A stretch of 64,000 nucleotides of DNA, taken from NCBI RefSeq assembly GCF_963921235.1, contig NC_086097.1, positions 155,994,001-156,058,000 on the forward strand, in the 5' to 3' direction. Source of the stretch: Mobula hypostoma. Taxonomy: Eukaryota. The notes under the pieces were generated by a model, which ran no database searches, was not told the DNA's origin, and saw only the letters and a list, made by a program, of their open reading frames with translations. Numbering within the stretch: the first letter of the stretch is position 1; each line of letters begins with the position of its first letter. Of this stretch, positions 61,065-64,000 are shown piece after piece. The translations under genes and the position numbers were made by a program.

Positions 61065-61715
61065 AGCATTCATGAATGTTAGCATTCATTTCAAGAAGTC
61101 TAGAATACAAGAGCGAAAATGTGATGCTGAGGCTTTATAAAGTGCTGGTGAGGCCTCACCTTGAGTATTGTGAACAGTTTTGGGTTCCTCATCTTAGAAA
61201 AGATGTACTGGCAGTGGAGAGAGACCAGAGGAGGTTCACAAGGATGATTCCAGGAATGAAAGGGTTTTCATATGAGAAACGTTTGATGGCTCTGGGTCTG
61301 TACTTGCTGGAATTCAGAAGGATGAGGGGGGATCTCACTGAAACCTTTCAAATGTTGGAAAGCCAAGACAGAGTAGATGCAGAAAGGATGTTTCCCATGG
61401 TGGGAGAGTCTAGGACAAAGGGGCACAGCCTCAGGATAGAAGGGTGCCCTTTCAAAACAGATGCGGAGAAATTTCTTTAGCCAAAGGGTGGTGAACTTGT
61501 AGAATTTGTTGCCACATGCAGCTCTGGAGGCCTGGTCGTTTGGTATATTTAAGGCAGAGATTGATAGGTTCTTGATTGGAATCCAGTCAAGAGAAGACCA
61601 GGAACTGGGGTTGAGGAGGAGATAGAGAAAAGGATCAGCCACAATTGAATGTCGGAGCAGACTTGATGGGCTAGATGAACTATTTCTGCTCCTGTGTCTT
61701 ACGGTCTATGGTTTT
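61065..61715 (+). mobile_element. CR1 3' fragment
   Basis: 134-aa ORF LAFISRSLEYKS...RPHLEYC...; ttacggtctatggt tail. Confidence 0.88.
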
Positions 61716-62137
61716 GAGGTTTTGGTTGCCTACAATTTTTTGGCACCTTTCATAATAAATAGACTTTCCACACTGAAATGGACCAAGGTCCCAGGTGATT
61801 TGTCCATCACTGATTTCTGGTATCTATCTGATAGAGGTAATAGAAGAAAGATAAATGTGGATTAGAATCTTCCAGGGATGGATAACAGTTTACTCAATGG
61901 CATAAATTCAGTATTTCCTATATCTCCATCAGGTAATACTTGTATGGGAAATAAATTGATAAGGCTGTGTGAAGGCAATCACACCGATTGATCGCATAGA
62001 CCACTACTGGCTGAATTGGAATATACGCTGAGAAGGTAATATGACTACAAGCATTGTGTGCTTGGGAACAAAATAGCAGAACATTGGTGGTGGTGTTTAT
62101 AGTGAGGAGGGTGGCCTCTGGCCCCAGAACAATATTG

Positions 62138-62490
62138 ATAGTCATAGTCATAGTCGTAGTCATACTTTATTGATCCCGGGGGAAATAGGTTTTCATTACA
62201 GTTGCACCATAAATAATTAAATAGTAATAAAACCATAAATAGTTAAATAGTAATATGCAAATTATGCCAGGAAATAAGTTCAGGACCAGCCTATTGGCTC
62301 AGGGTGTCTGACCCTCCAAGGGAGGAGTTGTAAAGTTTGATGGCCACAAGCAGGATGACTTCCTATGACGCTCTGTGTTGTATTTCAGTGGAATGAGTCT
62401 CTGGCTGAATGTACTCCTGTGCCCAACCAGTACATTATGTAGTGGATGGGAGACATTGTCCAAGATGATATGCAAGACATTGTCCAAAAC
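62138..62490 (-). mobile_element. Rex1/Babar LINE 3' end with (GACTAT)n tail
   Basis: ILDNVSHPLH...FSQRL...TERHRKS; cccccgggatcaataaagta followed by the tail at 62138-62164. Confidence 0.8.
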
Positions 62491-62591
62491 ATTGATCAAT
62501 TTGTAAGTTGGGCAGAATAATGGCAGATAGAACGTAATCTGAATAAATTAGAACTAATTTATTTTGGAAGGTCTAACAAAAATAGGAAATC

Positions 62592-63119
62592 CACTCAGTA
62601 GCAACTACTGGGTACACCTGCTTGTTATTGCAAATATCTAATCAGCCAATTATGTGGCAACAACTCAATGCATAAAAGCATGCAGACATGGTCAAGTGAT
62701 TCAGTTGTTGTTCAGACCAAACATTGGAATCAGGAACATCAGAATGTGGAATGATTTCTGTTGTCAGATGGGATGGTTTGAATAATTCAGAAACTGCTGA
62801 TTTTCTGAGATTTTCATGCACAACAGTCTCTAACATTTACAAAGAATCGTGCAAAAAACAAACAAAAAACATTCGGTGAGCAGCAGTTCTGTGGGTGGAA
62901 ATGCCTTGCTAATGAAAGAGGTCAGACGAGAATGGCCAATGTGGTTGAAGCTGACAGGAAGGCTACAGTAACTCAAATAACTACATGCTACAACAGTGGT
63001 TTGCAGAGAACATTTCTGAATGCAGAACACGTTGAAACTTGAAGTGGATGAGCTACAACAGCTGAACACCAAGAACATAGAGAAATGCATCCTGTGTCTA
63101 ATGAAATGGCCACTGAGTG
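62592..63119. mobile_element. Tc1/mariner non-autonomous deletion derivative
   Basis: Imperfect TIRs cactcagtagcaact... and ...aatggccactgagtg followed by TA; decayed HTH-coding remnant (SETADFLRFS.TTVS). Confidence 0.75.
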
Positions 63120-63123
63120 TATA

Positions 63124-64000
63124 TAGAAATAGAGAAAACCTACAGTACAATACAGGCCCTTCGGCCCACAAAACTGTGCCGAACATGTACTTACCTCAGA
63201 AATTATTTAGGGTTACCCATAGCCCTCTATTTTTCTAAGCTCCATGTGCCTATCCAGGAGTCCCTTAGAACACCCTGTCACATCCGCCTCCAACACCGTC
63301 GCTGGCAGCCCATTCCACACACTCACCACTCTCCACAGAAAGAACTTATCCCTGACATCTACTCTGTACCTACTTCCAAGAACCTTAAAACTGTGCCCTC
63401 TCATGCTAGTCATTTCAGCCCTGGGGAAAAGCTTCTGACTATCCACATGATCAATGCCTCTCATCATCTTGTACACCTCTATCAGGTCACCTCTCATCCT
63501 GCGTCGCTCCAAGGAAAAAAGGCTGAGTTCACTCAATCTATTCTCATAAGGCATTCTCCCCAATCCAGGCAACATCCTTGTAAATCTCCTCTGCACCCTT
63601 TCTATGGTTTCCACATTCTTCTTGCAGTGAGGCGACCAGAATTGATCACAGTACTCCAAGTGGGGTCTGACCAGGGTCCTATATAGTAGCAACATTACCT
63701 TCGGCTCTTAAACCTAAACCCACGATTGATGAAGGCCAATGCACCGTATGCCTTCATAACCACAGAGTCAATCTGCACAGCAGCTTTGAGTGTCCTGTGG
63801 ACTCAGACCCCAAGATCCTCCTGATCCTCCACACTGCCAAGAGACTTATCATTAACAATATATTCTGCCATCATATTTGACCTACCAAAATGAACCACTT
63901 CACACTTATCCGGGTTGAACTCCATCTGCCATTTCTCAGCCCAGTTTTGCATCCTATCAATGTCCTGCTGTAACCTCTGAAAGCCCTCCACATCACCCCT
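63124..64000 (-). mobile_element. CR1 3' portion, runs off the window end
   Basis: 160-aa ORF LYRTLVRPHLEYC...; tagaaatagaga tail. Confidence 0.92.

Overview
Eukaryotic, repeat-saturated, apparently intronic or intergenic DNA. The transposon repertoire points to a cartilaginous fish, probably a ray (inference). I found no recognisable host gene, rRNA, tRNA gene or CRISPR array. The window is a mosaic of CR1 LINEs from several subfamilies (two with a readable zinc-finger/leucine-zipper plus SGNH-esterase ORF1), Penelope-like elements with minimal hammerhead ribozymes, Rex1/Babar-type LINE ends, V-SINE-like relics, a decayed sushi-like chromoviral Gypsy element, a small two-LTR element with a tRNA-Leu PBS, an RTE-like non-autonomous element and a Tc1-type deletion derivative. 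One full-length L1 (51573-57378, minus strand) has both ORFs intact and a target-site duplication, and sits inside a multi-level CR1 nest. The most interesting observations are: (1) a U_UUA_AAC slippery heptamer in exact -1 register at the ORF1 stop of divergent CR1 subfamilies, with an AUG-less ORF2 in the -1 frame, which suggests a programmed ORF1-ORF2 fusion; (2) the intact L1; (3) Penelope hammerheads, including a palindromic mini-element; (4) a frameshift shared by two young CR1 copies; (5) a datable inverted duplication inside the Gypsy element. Boundaries of old repeats are approximate and family names come from motif recognition, not database searches.
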